A stretch of DNA of 64,000 nucleotides from Nitrospirota bacterium (GCA_963733375.1 CAVTDB010000008.1:1-64000); one strand, 5' to 3'. Numbered from the stretch's first letter, positions 22,245 through 33,110 are shown. Numbers and translations: made by a program. The notes: generated by a model from the letters alone, not told the origin.

Positions 22245-24940
22245 TGATAAACATAAAGATAAACGGCATACCCCTGACGCTTGAGAAGTCGTCGAACATC
22301 ATAGAGGCGGCGGCCAAGGTCGGCGTGCACGTGCCCCATTTCTGCTACCATAAAGAACTCTCGATATATGCGGGGTGCAGGATATGCATGGTGGAGATAA
22401 AGGGCAGGCCGAAGCTGGTCCCGGCATGCGCGACGGCGGTATCGGACGGCATGGAGATAATCACGGAGTCCGAGAAGATAGCGAAATCAAGGAAGGGAGT
22501 GCTGGAACTCCAGCTCACGCATCACCCGCTGGAATGCCCGGTCTGCGACAAGGGCGGCGAGTGCACGCTCCAGGACTACGCCTTCCGCTACGGCGCGGAC
22601 CGCTCCCGCTTCATCGAAAAGAAGCGCGTGATACCGGTCAACTACGAGAACCCGCTTTTAGAGCGCAACATGGAGCGCTGCGTGAACTGCAAGCGCTGCG
22701 TCCGCATCTGCGCCGAGGTGCAGGGCGACTGGGTGCTCTCGGACATGAACCGCGGCTCGCGGGTCACGATGGAGTCGTTCTGCGGCAACGAAGAGGAATG
22801 CGTCCACTGCGGGCACTGCCTCTCCAACTGCCCGGTCGGCGCCATCCAGAGCAGGCTTACCAAAAACCAGATACGCCCGTGGTTCATGGAGCGGCAGGCG
22901 GAGACGATCTGCCCGTACTGCGGCGACGGCTGCACCCTGTACCTCCAGAGCAGGGAGGACACGATAGTCCGCGCCCTTTCGGACGAGACTTATTCAAAAG
23001 GCAGCAACCGCGGAAGCCTCTGCGTGCGCGGCAGGTTCGGATACGATTTCCCGAACAACCCGGAGCGGCTGTCGAAACCTCTTATAAAGAAAGACGGGAG
23101 TTTCGTCGAGGCCACGTGGGACGAAGCGATATCCTTCGTCTCCGATAAACTCGGCAGGATAAAATCCTCCGCCGGGCCGGACGCCGTCGGCGCGGTAATC
23201 GGCGGGAGGAACACGAACGAAGAATCCTACCTGCTCCAGAAGTTCATGCGCGTCGTGGTAGGGACGAACAACGTAGACAACATGGCCCGCCTCGGCCACG
23301 TGAACGCGCTCACCGCCCTGGAGGACGCCTTCGGCCTGGGCGGGATGACGAACCAGATACAGGACATCGCCCAGTCGGGCGCGGTTTTCTTAATCGGAAA
23401 CGACGCGGCCGCGGAGAACCCCATCACCGGGCTCGCCATAAAGCGCGCGGTATTCAAAAAAGGCGCGAAGCTGATTGTCGCCGACGCGGGCAAGAACACG
23501 ATGTCCAAGCACGCCGCCCTGAGGCTCACCTACCGGCCCGGGACCGAGGGCAAGCTTATAAAGGCGATGATAAACGTCGTGTTCGCGGAAAACCTCCAGG
23601 ACAAGGCGCTCGAAGAAAAAAATAAGGCCCTGTTCGAGAAGATAAAGGCCCTGATGTCTCATAACACGCCGGAAAAGGCGGAGGAAGAGACGGGTATCCC
23701 GGCGGCGGACATAAGGAAGGCGGCGACGATTTTCGCCACCGCGCCCGCCGCGTCGATAGTCTTCGGCAGGGGCGTCACCGCGAGCACATGCGGGTACAGG
23801 AATTCGCTCGCGCTCTCGGACCTCTCGCTTATTACCGGCAACGTCGGCCGCTCCGGCGGCGGCGTAAACCCGATGGCCGCCAAGGCCGGCGAGCAGGGAG
23901 CGTGCGACATGGGCGCCCTGCCCGACAGGCTGCCCGGCTACAGGAAAGTGGAAAACGCCGCGGACAGGAAGAGGCTCGGCTCGCTCTGGAGGACGGAGCT
24001 TTCGAGTAAACCCGGCCTGACCGTGATGGAGATGTTCGAAAGGGCGGCCACTGGCGAGCTTCAGGCGCTTTACGTCGTGGGCTCGGACCCGGCGTCCCTG
24101 CTTCCGGACAGGGCAAAGACGATAGCGGCGCTTAAGAAAGTGAAGTTCCTGGTCGTCCAGGACGTGTTCATGAGCGAGACAGCCGCGCTCGCGGACGTGG
24201 TCCTGCCGGCGGCCACCTTCGCGGAGAAGGACGGGACTTTCACGAACTCCGAGCGCAGGGTGCAGAGGATCCGCCCGGTAATGAAAGTCAGGCCCGGCGC
24301 AAAGCCGGACGGTGAGATAATCTCCCTCATATCCGACAAGATGGGCCGTCCGATGGACTGGATGCCTTCGGTCGTCATGGACAAGATCGCCATCTCCACC
24401 CCCATCTATGCGGGCATAACGCATGACCTGCTGGACCACGGCGGTGTGCAGTGGCCTTATTACGAAGAGATGAAATCGGGCACCGAGATACTTCATTCCC
24501 ACGGGTACGACGCCAAAAGGGCGGCCAAGGAAGAGGAGATCGCGGCGAAGATCACCAAGGCCGGTAACGTGAAGAAGGAGTTCGATGAAGGTTTCCCGTT
24601 CTTCGCGGACATCGCCGTCTCCCTGTACCACTCCGGGACGACCACCCGGAAATCCAAGGGGCCGAACATGGTAGTGGGCAAGCCGTTCGCGGCGCTGAAC
24701 CCGGCGGATGCGAAGGGGCTTGGCGTAGGCGAGGGGCAACTGATAAAGGTACGCTCCCGTTCCGGGTCCCTGAAGCTTCACGTCAAGCTGGACCGCGAAG
24801 TGCCGAAGGGCATAGTGCATATCCCGGACCACTTCCTTGGCTTCGGGTGCAGCGCGCTGACCGAGATAATACTTGACCCGGTGAACAAGGTCCCGGCGGC
24901 GCGGTACTGGCCGGTATCCATAGAACCCGATCAAAATTAG
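22244..24940 (+). CDS. nuoG: NADH-quinone oxidoreductase subunit G, formate-dehydrogenase-like long form
   Basis: PHFCYH, CRIC, HPLECPVCDKGGEC, CVNCKRC, CVHCGHC, CPYCGDGC, EKDGTFTNSERRVQ; operon position. Confidence 0.92.
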   Translation: MINIKINGIPLTLEKSSNIIEAAAKVGVHVPHFCYHKELSIYAGCRICMVEIKGRPKLVPACATAVSDGMEIITESEKIAKSRKGVLELQLTHHPLECPVCDKGGECTLQDYAFRYGADRSRFIEKKRVIPVNYENPLLERNMERCVNCKRCVRICAEVQGDWVLSDMNRGSRVTMESFCGNEEECVHCGHCLSNCPVGAIQSRLTKNQIRPWFMERQAETICPYCGDGCTLYLQSREDTIVRALSDETYSKGSNRGSLCVRGRFGYDFPNNPERLSKPLIKKDGSFVEATWDEAISFVSDKLGRIKSSAGPDAVGAVIGGRNTNEESYLLQKFMRVVVGTNNVDNMARLGHVNALTALEDAFGLGGMTNQIQDIAQSGAVFLIGNDAAAENPITGLAIKRAVFKKGAKLIVADAGKNTMSKHAALRLTYRPGTEGKLIKAMINVVFAENLQDKALEEKNKALFEKIKALMSHNTPEKAEEETGIPAADIRKAATIFATAPAASIVFGRGVTASTCGYRNSLALSDLSLITGNVGRSGGGVNPMAAKAGEQGACDMGALPDRLPGYRKVENAADRKRLGSLWRTELSSKPGLTVMEMFERAATGELQALYVVGSDPASLLPDRAKTIAALKKVKFLVVQDVFMSETAALADVVLPAATFAEKDGTFTNSERRVQRIRPVMKVRPGAKPDGEIISLISDKMGRPMDWMPSVVMDKIAISTPIYAGITHDLLDHGGVQWPYYEEMKSGTEILHSHGYDAKRAAKEEEIAAKITKAGNVKKEFDEGFPFFADIAVSLYHSGTTTRKSKGPNMVVGKPFAALNPADAKGLGVGEGQLIKVRSRSGSLKLHVKLDREVPKGIVHIPDHFLGFGCSALTEIILDPVNKVPAARYWPVSIEPDQN

Positions 24941-24955
24941 ACGGAGAATATAAAA

Positions 24956-26014
24956 GTGGGTTTCGCGGACTTCGGCATATATACCTTGATGACCCTGCTC
25001 GGGATAGCCGTGGTGCTCGTGTTCACCATGCTGAACGCGGCGTACCTGACCTACTACGAGCGCAAGGTGATGGGCCACATGCAGGCCAGGGTCGGGCCGA
25101 TGCACACGGGGCCGCACGGCCTGCTCCAGCCGCTGGCGGACGGACTGAAGCTCTTCTTCAAGGAGGACATCATCCCGGCCAAAGCGGACAGGAAGGTATT
25201 CGTCCTGGCCCCGCTGATGGCGCTCGTCCCGGCGTTTGTGGCGTATGCGGTCGTGCCCTTCGGCCCGGAGGTGACCATATTCGGGCATACGATACACCTC
25301 TATGTCACGGACTTGAACATCGGCATACTCTACGTCCTGGCGCTCTCTTCGCTCGGCGCGTACGGGATAATCATGGCGGGATGGTCCTCCAACAGCAAGT
25401 ACGCGCTGATGGGCGGCCTTCGCTCCGCGTCCCAGGTCATCAGCTATGAGATACCGATGGGGCTCGCGATAATATCGGTCCTGATGATGACCGGCTCGCT
25501 CTCGCTGGTGGATATAACGAAGGGGCAGGCGCATATCTGGAATATCGCCTATCAGCCGGTCGCGTTCATCATCTACATGATATCCGGGATAGCCGAGACG
25601 AACCGCGCGCCTTTCGACCTGCCGGAGGCGGAGAACGAACTGGTGGCCGGGTTCCACGTCGAATACTCCGGGATGCGCTTCGCGTATTTCTTCATGGCGG
25701 AATATGCGAACATGCTCATGGTCTCGTGCATGGCGGTGGTGCTCTTCCTGGGCGGCTGGAACCCCATAATCCCGCGCGCGGTGTTCGAGATGGTGCCGCT
25801 CTTCGGGCAGTACCTGGGCTTCCTCGGCGACCCGGCGGTATGGTGGTTCATCATCAAGATATACGCCTTCTTCTTCATGTTCCTCTGGATCAGGGCGACT
25901 CTGCCGAGGCTTCGGTACGACCAGCTCATGAGGCTCGGGTGGAAGATACTGATCCCGATAGGGCTTTTGAACATACTCGTTACGGGACTTATCAAGATAC
26001 TTGTCCAAGGGTAA
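24956..26014 (+). CDS. nuoH: NADH-quinone oxidoreductase subunit H
   Basis: [35 protein letters not shown]. Confidence 0.98.
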   Translation: MGFADFGIYTLMTLLGIAVVLVFTMLNAAYLTYYERKVMGHMQARVGPMHTGPHGLLQPLADGLKLFFKEDIIPAKADRKVFVLAPLMALVPAFVAYAVVPFGPEVTIFGHTIHLYVTDLNIGILYVLALSSLGAYGIIMAGWSSNSKYALMGGLRSASQVISYEIPMGLAIISVLMMTGSLSLVDITKGQAHIWNIAYQPVAFIIYMISGIAETNRAPFDLPEAENELVAGFHVEYSGMRFAYFFMAEYANMLMVSCMAVVLFLGGWNPIIPRAVFEMVPLFGQYLGFLGDPAVWWFIIKIYAFFFMFLWIRATLPRLRYDQLMRLGWKILIPIGLLNILVTGLIKILVQG

Positions 26015-26029
26015 TAGGGGAGCCGGACT

Positions 26030-26497
26030 TTGAAGGGTTTCGAAAAGTTCATAAAGACGATCACCTTCTGGGAAATCCTCAAGGGGATGAAGCTCACCTT
26101 CTCCACCATGCTCACGAAGCCGGTGACGAAGCTCTACCCCATCGAGAGGCCGGTAATCCCGCCCGTGTTCAGGGGCCTTCACGCGATGAGGCGCCACCCG
26201 GACGGGACCGAGATGTGCATCGCCTGCGGCCTCTGCGCGGCGTACTGCCCGACCGGGTGCATAAAGATAAAGACCTCCGAGGGGCCGGGACACAAGAAGA
26301 AGCTGGACTCATACGAGATAGAGCTTTTGAAGTGCCTGTTCTGCGGGTACTGTGTCGAGGCGTGCCCGGTACGGGCGCTCACCATGACCCAGGAGTATGA
26401 GCTGGCGAGCTACTCCAAGGAGAAGCTCCTCTATACGAGGGAGATGTTACTCGCCAACGGCGACAGGTACAGAGGAAAGGAGACACACTTAGACTGA
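26030..26497 (+). CDS. nuoI: NADH-quinone oxidoreductase subunit I
   Basis: CIACGLCAAYCP, CLFCGYCVEACP. Confidence 0.97.
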   Translation: MKGFEKFIKTITFWEILKGMKLTFSTMLTKPVTKLYPIERPVIPPVFRGLHAMRRHPDGTEMCIACGLCAAYCPTGCIKIKTSEGPGHKKKLDSYEIELLKCLFCGYCVEACPVRALTMTQEYELASYSKEKLLYTREMLLANGDRYRGKETHLD

Positions 26498-27006
26498 TGC
26501 TACTGCAGGCGGGGTTCATATATTTCGCGTCCGTCATAGTGTTCTGCGCGCTCATGGTAATCACCAGGAAAAACCCGGTGCACTGCGCGCTCTTCATGCT
26601 CCCGCTGTTCTTCCACGTGGCGGGGCTTTTCATCATGCTGGACGCCGAGTTCGTCGCGGCGGTGCAGGTGCTTGTTTACGCCGGGGCGATCATGGTGCTG
26701 TTCCTCTTCGTTATCATGCTCTTCCGGGCCGAGGGGATAAAGGAAAAGAGCTTCGTGCCGGGATGGCCCGTCATCGCGCCGCTCGTAATCGCCCTCATGG
26801 GCCTTTTCATGTCGATACTGATGAAGGCAGATTTCAACGGGGTGCAGGACAAGTACACCGTCGAGATGGTGAAGGCGGCCGGAAACTCTCAGACGATAGG
26901 CATGGTGCTCTACTCGGACTATCTCTTCCCGTTCGAGGTCGCGTCGATCATCCTGCTGGTTGCGATGGTAGGCGCGATAGTGCTGGCGAAGAAGAAGATC
27001 GATTAA
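26497..27006 (+). CDS. nuoJ: NADH-quinone oxidoreductase subunit J
   Basis: QVLVYAGAIMVLFLFVIM, PFEVASIILL. Confidence 0.97.
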   Translation: MLLQAGFIYFASVIVFCALMVITRKNPVHCALFMLPLFFHVAGLFIMLDAEFVAAVQVLVYAGAIMVLFLFVIMLFRAEGIKEKSFVPGWPVIAPLVIALMGLFMSILMKADFNGVQDKYTVEMVKAAGNSQTIGMVLYSDYLFPFEVASIILLVAMVGAIVLAKKKID

Positions 27007-27010
27007 AGAC

Positions 27011-27050
27011 CGTTACCTTTTTGGTAAAAAGGTAACGCCAAAAACTTTTG
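27011..27050. repeat. family A palindromic element (nuoJ-nuoK)
   Basis: CGTTACCTTTTT-ggt-AAAAAGGTAACG-CCAAAAACTTTT. Confidence 0.85.
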
Positions 27051-27063
27051 AAAAGGTGAAATA

Positions 27064-27366
27064 ATGATACCGCTTTCCTGGTACATAGCTCTTAGCGTGG
27101 TGGTGTTCTCCATAGGAGTCCTGGGCGTCCTCATCAGGCGGAACGTCATCATAATCTTCATGTGCATCGAGCTGATCTTAAACTCCGTGAACATCGCCCT
27201 GGTCGCCTTCTCGCATTACTTAAACTCCATGCGGGGGCAGATTTTCGTTTTCTTCATAATGACGGTCGCGGCGGCTGAGGCGGCGATAGGCCTGGCCATA
27301 ATCATCTCCATGTACAGGAACAAGGAGACGCTCAATACGTCCGAGATAAATATAATGAAGTGGTAA
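27064..27366 (+). CDS. nuoK: NADH-quinone oxidoreductase subunit K
   Basis: [18 protein letters not shown]. Confidence 0.97.
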   Translation: MIPLSWYIALSVVVFSIGVLGVLIRRNVIIIFMCIELILNSVNIALVAFSHYLNSMRGQIFVFFIMTVAAAEAAIGLAIIISMYRNKETLNTSEINIMKW

Positions 27367-27368
27367 AG

Positions 27369-27471
27369 TCGTACCTTTTCTTTCAGGTGAAAGAAAAGGT
27401 ACCCAAAAGAAAGCCGGACTGTTTAAAGCCCAAAAGTTTTTGGCGTTACCTTTTTACCAAAAAGGTAACGG
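27369..27471. repeat. family A paired palindromic element (nuoK-nuoL)
   Basis: near reverse complement of the 19010-19112 element. Confidence 0.85.
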
Positions 27472-27495
27472 TTTTAGGGATAACACGAGACCCCA

Positions 27496-29420
27496 ATGAT
27501 AAAATACGCGCTGATACCTCTTCTACCGTTGACGGCCTTCATCGTGTCCGGACTGTTCGGGCACTGGCTGAAGGAAAAGGCAAAGTGGCCGCCGATAATC
27601 GCGGTGCTGGCGTCGTTCGCGCTGTCCGTATCCACGCTTTTCGACGTCATGGGCGGGCAGACCGTCAACGGCGTTCTGTACTCCTGGATCGTATCGGGCA
27701 ATTTCAACGTCCATATCGGGTTCAAGATCGACCAGTTGACCGCCGTGATGCTCATCGTCGTCACCACGGTCAGCTCGCTCGTCCATATATATTCCACCGG
27801 CTACATGCACGGGGACAAGGGATATCCGCGCTTCTTCTCCTACCTCGCCCTGTTCACGTTCTCCATGCTGATGCTCGTCATGGCGGACAACTTCCTCCAG
27901 CTTTACGTGTTCTGGGAGGCGGTCGGCCTTTGCTCCTACCTCCTTATCGGGTTCTGGTACGAGAAGAAGTCCGCGTCGGACGCGGGCAAGAAGGCGTTCA
28001 TCGTGAACCGGGTCGGCGACTTCGGCTTCGGCCTCGGCGTGATGCTCATATTCATAACCTTCGGCACGCTGAACTACGACGCGGTCTTCGCGGCCGTGCC
28101 GTCCCATGTCGGGCAGATGGTGAACTATCCTCGGGAACACCTACAGCCTGTACACCGTCATCGCGCTCCTGCTCTTCATGGGAGCGGTAGGGAAGTCCGC
28201 GCAGCTTCCGCTGCATGTCTGGCTGCCGGACGCCATGGAAGGCCCCACCCCGGTCTCCGCACTGATCCATGCGGCGACTATGGTGACCGCGGGCATATTC
28301 ATGGTGGCCCGCTGTCACCCGATATTCAACGAGTCCCAGACCGCGCTTGACGTAGTCACCTGGACCGGAGGCATAACGGCGATTTTCGCGGCGACCATCG
28401 CGCTGACGCAGTTCGACATAAAGCGCGTCATCGCTTATTCCACCATAAGCCAGCTCGGGTACATGTTCGTGGCCTGCGGCGTGGGCGCGTACGCGGCGGG
28501 CATATTCCACCTGATGACGCACGCGTTCTTCAAGGGCCTTTTGTTCCTGGGCGCGGGCAGCGTAATCCATTCGCTCTCCGGGGAGCAGGACATGCGCAAG
28601 ATGGGCGGCCTTGCCGGGAAGATCAAATGGACTTACATCACCTTCCTCGCGGCCTCCATATCCATATCCGGCATACCTCCCTTCGCGGGCTTCTTCAGCA
28701 AGGACGAGATACTCTGGAAGGCGTACAGCTCGCCGGGCGCGGGCCATGCGGTCTATTACCTCCTGGCCCTTGCGGCATTCCTTACCGCGTTCTACTCCTT
28801 CAGGCTCATTTTCATGACGTTCCACGGCAAGTCCAACGTGGACCACGAGGTCTCGCACCACGTCCACGAATCCCCGCTGAACATGCTCGTCCCCCTGATA
28901 GTCCTGGGCGTGCTGGCGGTGGTCGCCGGTTTCGTCGGAGTGCCGGAGGTGCTGGGCGGGCGGAAACAGCTTCCAGCATTTCATGTCGGGCGTCTTCGGC
29001 ACGGAGACCGCGGCTGAAGCCGCCCGCGCGGCGTGGAGATGACCATGATGGCCGTCTCCGTCCTTATCGGAGTGTCCGGAATCGCGCTTGCCTGGTTCAT
29101 GTACATCGTGAAGCCGGACCTGCCCGGCAAGGTTGCGAAGGCTTTCGGCCCGATACATACGCTCTTGTACAACAAATATTATATCGATGAAATTTATAAC
29201 TTCGTGTTCGTCAGGTTCCATCAAATGGGTGTCCACGCATATCTTATGGAGCATAGTGGACGTAGGGATAATAGACGGCTTCATCAATGCAATCGCATCC
29301 CTGGTGGAAGCGATGAGCCGGGTGCTCCGGAGGCTTCAGACCGGCTACTACAATAACTACGCTTTCGGGATGGCCTTCGGCGTCTTGTTGATCGTCGGAA
29401 TTTACCTGTTCGCCAGATAA
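27496..29420 (+). CDS. nuoL: NADH-quinone oxidoreductase subunit L (frameshifted)
   Basis: [52 protein letters not shown]. Confidence 0.96.
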
Positions 29421-29448
29421 ATTTGCCATAAATTTGCCATAAATTTGA
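29417..29448 (+). repeat. 11-bp tandem repeat x~3
   Basis: ATAAATTTGCC ATAAATTTGCC ATAAATTTGA. Confidence 0.85.
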
Positions 29449-29468
29449 TAGACAAAGGGGATAACTAG

Positions 29469-30995
29469 TTGACCGGATACACAATGAACAGCATGGGCTA
29501 CCCGATTTTAAGCCTCGTCTGTTTCCTGCCGTTAATCGGGGCCGTAGTGATAATCTTCCTGGGCAAAAACGAAGCCGTGTCCAAGTGGATGGCCCTGATA
29601 ACCTCCGGGTTAACCTTCCTGGTCTCGATCCCGCTGGTCACGAACTTCGACCGGGCCACGTCCAATATGCAGTTCGTGGAGCAAAAGGGCTGGATACCGT
29701 CCTGGCACGTGAACTACATCGTCGGCGTGGACGGCATATCCGTCCTGCTGGTGCTTGCTCACCACGCTTTTGTCCGTCATCTGCGTCATATCCTCCTGGA
29801 AGGCGATAACCGTGAAGGTCAAGGAGTATATGATCGCGCTACTCCTGCTGGAGACGGGGATGGTCGGCGTCTTCATTGCGCTCGACCTCTTCCTGTTCTA
29901 TATCTTCTGGGAGGCGATGCTCATCCCGATGTTCCTCCTCATCATCATATGGGGCGGGCCCAGGAAGATGTACGCCGGTCTTAAAGTTCTTCCTGTATAC
30001 CCTGGCCGGCAGCGTGTTGATGCTTGCTCGGCATAATCGCGCTGTATTACCAGGGCGGGCACACCTTCGAGATCGTAAAGCTCATGGGCCGGCATTTCCC
30101 GCCGGTGTTCCAGTACTGGACGTTCCTGGCGTTCTTCATCGCATTCGCGATAAAGGTCCCGATGTTCCCGTTCCACACCTGGCTGCCGGACGCGCACGTC
30201 GAGGCCCCCACGGCGGGCAGCGTCATCCTTGCGGGCGTCCTCCTGAAGATGGGCACCTACGGTTTCTTGAGGTTCAACCTGCCGATGTTCCCGGACGCGA
30301 CACTGCATTTCACGCCGGCCATCCTGGTCCTGTCGGTGGTGGCGATAATCTACGGCGCGCTCGTCGCCATGATCCAGAAGGACCTGAAAAAGTTAATCGC
30401 CTACTCCTCCGTCAGCCACATGGGTTTCGTGACGCTCGGCATTTTCGCCTTCACCCGGCAGGGCATGGAGGGCGGGATACTCCAGATGCTGAACCACGGC
30501 GTCACCACCGGCGCCCTCTTCCTCTGCGTCGGGATCATCTACGAGCGCACGCATACCAGGATGATAGCCGATTTCGGCGGGCTTACCAAGAGGCTCCCCA
30601 TATACGCCGCGTTCTTCATGATATTTACCCTGTCCTCGCTCGGGCTTCCGGGGATGAACGGGTTCATCGGCGAGTTCCTGATACTGCTTGGCGCGTTCAC
30701 CACCGAGAGGATCTACGCCGTAATCGGCACCACGGGCATAATACTCGGCGCGGCCTACATGCTCTGGATGTACCAGCGCGTGATGTTCATGGAGCTTAAG
30801 CCGAAAAACGAGAAGCTTATCGACCTCTCGTGGAGGGAAGCCGTCACTCTCATACCGCTCGCGGTGTTCGTTTTCTGGATCGGCATCTTCCCCAACCCGT
30901 TCCTGGGGATAATGCACGAGACGGTAAGGCACCTGCTGGAGCAGGTTAACGGGACGCAGAACGTCGCCTCTTTTGCCGCTTTCCCGAAATTTTAG
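29469..30995 (+). CDS. nuoM: NADH-quinone oxidoreductase subunit M (frameshifted)
   Basis: [42 protein letters not shown]. Confidence 0.96.
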
Positions 30996-31007
30996 AGGAG
31001 CAATAAT

Positions 31008-32453
31008 ATGCCGATGATCTCTACAGCCGACCTGACAGCCATCTCACCTGAGATCATCGTGGTATGCTCGGCGATGGCGGTCCTCCTTCTGGGGCTTTTC
31101 GTCAAGAAGGAGTGGCGCTTCCTGCTGGGGTACCTCTCGGTGGCCGGGGTTGTCGCCGCGGCATTCCAGAGCTGGGCCATGAGGTCTGTCGTACACAGCG
31201 CGTTCTTCGGGATGTTCGTGCTGGACGGCTACGCGACTTATTTCAAGATGGTGTTCTACATCGCGGCGTCAATCGCGCTCCTTATCTCCATAAGCTTCGT
31301 GAAGACCGAGAAGATAGAGCGGGGCGAGTATTACAGCCTCATGCTCTTCGCCACCGCCGGGATGATGGTCATGGCCTCCGGCTCCGACCTGATATCCATC
31401 TACCTGGGCATCGAGCTGATGGCGCTTTCGATATATATCCTGGCGGGTTTCATCAGGAAGTCCCTGCGCTCCAACGAAGCCGCGCTGAAGTACTTCCTGC
31501 TGGGGGCGTTCTCCTCCGGGATACTGCTCTACGGCATAGCGTTGATCTACGGCATCACCGGCACCACGAACTTAAGGGACATCGCGGCGTTCGTCCAGAC
31601 GGGGACGTTCAGCAAGCCCGCCCTCGTCCTCTCCATGATATTGTTGACGGCGGGTTTCGGCTTCAAGGTCGCGGCGGTGCCCTTCCATATGTGGACGCCG
31701 GACGTCTATGAAGGCGCGCCGACCTCCGTAACCGCTTTCATGTCCGTCGGGCCGAAGGCCGCCGCGTTCGCGGCGTTCCTCCGCGTCTTCGTCACCGCGC
31801 TGCCCGGCATACAGGCGGACTGGACGATTATCATCGCCACCCTGGCGATACTTTCCATGCTCATCGGGAACGTGGTCGCCATCTCCCAGACGAACATCAA
31901 GAGGATGCTGGCGTATTCCAGTATCGCCCATGCCGGCTACGCGCTGGTCGGCTTCGCCGCGGGCGGCAAAGAGGGCATCTCCAGCGTAATGACGTACCTG
32001 CTGATATACGCATTCATGAACCTTGGCGCGTTCGGCATGGTCGTGGCCCTCTCAAGGGGCGGGATGACCGGCGAACGCATCGAGGACTTCGCGGGCCTGG
32101 CCAAAAAGAACCGCATGGCGGCGCTTTTGATGCTGATATTCATGTTCTCGCTGGCGGGCATCCCGCCGACCGCCGGGTTCATCGGCAAGTTCAATATCTT
32201 CATGGCCGCCCTGAACTCCGGGTTCCTGTGGCTCGCGCTGATAATGGTGGCGATGAGCACGGTCTCGGCGTTCTTTTACCTGCGTGTCGTTATGGTGATG
32301 TACATGAAGGAGCCTGAGGACGAGCGCAAGGTATCCCCGAACCTCTCCATGTACACGGCGATGGCCGTCGCCGCGTACGCCGTCCTGTATATCGGGATGA
32401 ACCCTTACGGGGTCTTGAACTTCGCAGTCAAATCCGTGTCCGGGCTGATGTAG
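31008..32453 (+). CDS. nuoN: NADH-quinone oxidoreductase subunit N
   Basis: EAALKYF, FKVAAVPFHMWTPDVYEGAP, KRMLAYSSIAHAG. Confidence 0.98.
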   Translation: MPMISTADLTAISPEIIVVCSAMAVLLLGLFVKKEWRFLLGYLSVAGVVAAAFQSWAMRSVVHSAFFGMFVLDGYATYFKMVFYIAASIALLISISFVKTEKIERGEYYSLMLFATAGMMVMASGSDLISIYLGIELMALSIYILAGFIRKSLRSNEAALKYFLLGAFSSGILLYGIALIYGITGTTNLRDIAAFVQTGTFSKPALVLSMILLTAGFGFKVAAVPFHMWTPDVYEGAPTSVTAFMSVGPKAAAFAAFLRVFVTALPGIQADWTIIIATLAILSMLIGNVVAISQTNIKRMLAYSSIAHAGYALVGFAAGGKEGISSVMTYLLIYAFMNLGAFGMVVALSRGGMTGERIEDFAGLAKKNRMAALLMLIFMFSLAGIPPTAGFIGKFNIFMAALNSGFLWLALIMVAMSTVSAFFYLRVVMVMYMKEPEDERKVSPNLSMYTAMAVAAYAVLYIGMNPYGVLNFAVKSVSGLM

Positions 32454-32554
32454 GAAAACACGCCGCTCATTCCCCAGCCTTCTTTGTTCATAACCAATTT
32501 AAACTAACGGTAAAAGGCATTAAAATCAAAGGGAATTCAGACTTTCCCCAAAAC

Positions 32555-32584
32555 TTGACATAAGGGTCTCTACAGCGTTATAAT
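32555..32584 (+). promoter_or_regulatory. consensus sigma70 promoter with no downstream CDS
   Basis: TTGACA-18-TATAAT with AT-rich upstream region. Confidence 0.75.
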
Positions 32585-32590
32585 TTAATT

Positions 32591-33062
32591 AGAGCAGATG
32601 ATAGCTCGATTGATCTTTGATAAAAATTCTCTGCGGTGCAGGAATGGCGGCTTCTGCTTTTCTCTTGCAGGTTCATAAGAATGGGGGCCTCTGCACGGGG
32701 TTGATTCGCCCGTCTCTTGCCTCCTTTCGGGGCGGGTGAAGAGCTACTGGCGGGGTCCCCATAATCAATGAATAATGCATCAGAAAAGGCTATTAGCCTA
32801 AGCCTTTATCGCAGGGAATAAATAATTGGGGATAGGATCAGAGAAGGTCTATAAGGGAGGTGAATAAAGCCCTTCAAAAACATTCTATCCTCAAGGATTA
32901 ATAAAAAAGATACCGCGCTGGTTCACGCTAGTGAACGTTAAGTTACTCATCCGTAGGGCGCGTAACACCGCCTCAAAGCGTGGCAGGCCGAGCCTTTTAA
33001 GGCCTCAAAAATGACCTGTTGCTGACGGATTGGGAAAAAAGAACGTAGCGCGGTATTTTTTT
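32591..33062 (+). ncRNA. candidate large structured non-coding RNA, family unknown
   Basis: promoter, boxA-like GATCTTTGATAA, three domains each closed by 13-17 bp stems, terminal U-tract, no credible ORF. Confidence 0.6.
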
Positions 33063-33110
33063 GTGTCGGCGCAGGCGGGGCAGAGAGGGGAGGTAGGGCG
33101 TTTGATTCTG

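Noticed and set aside
23260-23310. Selenocysteine formate dehydrogenase
   Set aside because: The ligand position is GGC (Gly), no in-frame TGA
23390-26293. 967-aa minus-strand ORF and other long antisense ORFs
   Set aside because: Shadows of GC-rich nuo and other genes; no motifs
19010-27471. Family A repeats as a CRISPR array
   Set aside because: Dispersed between genes, no regular repeat-spacer period, no cas genes
32626-32819. Domain 1 as 6S RNA, or the region as tmRNA/RNase P/rRNA
   Set aside because: Size and rod shape recall 6S, but there is no large central bubble and it is embedded in a longer transcript; no tmRNA ends, RNase P P4 or rRNA sequence. 6S is not fully excluded without cmscan
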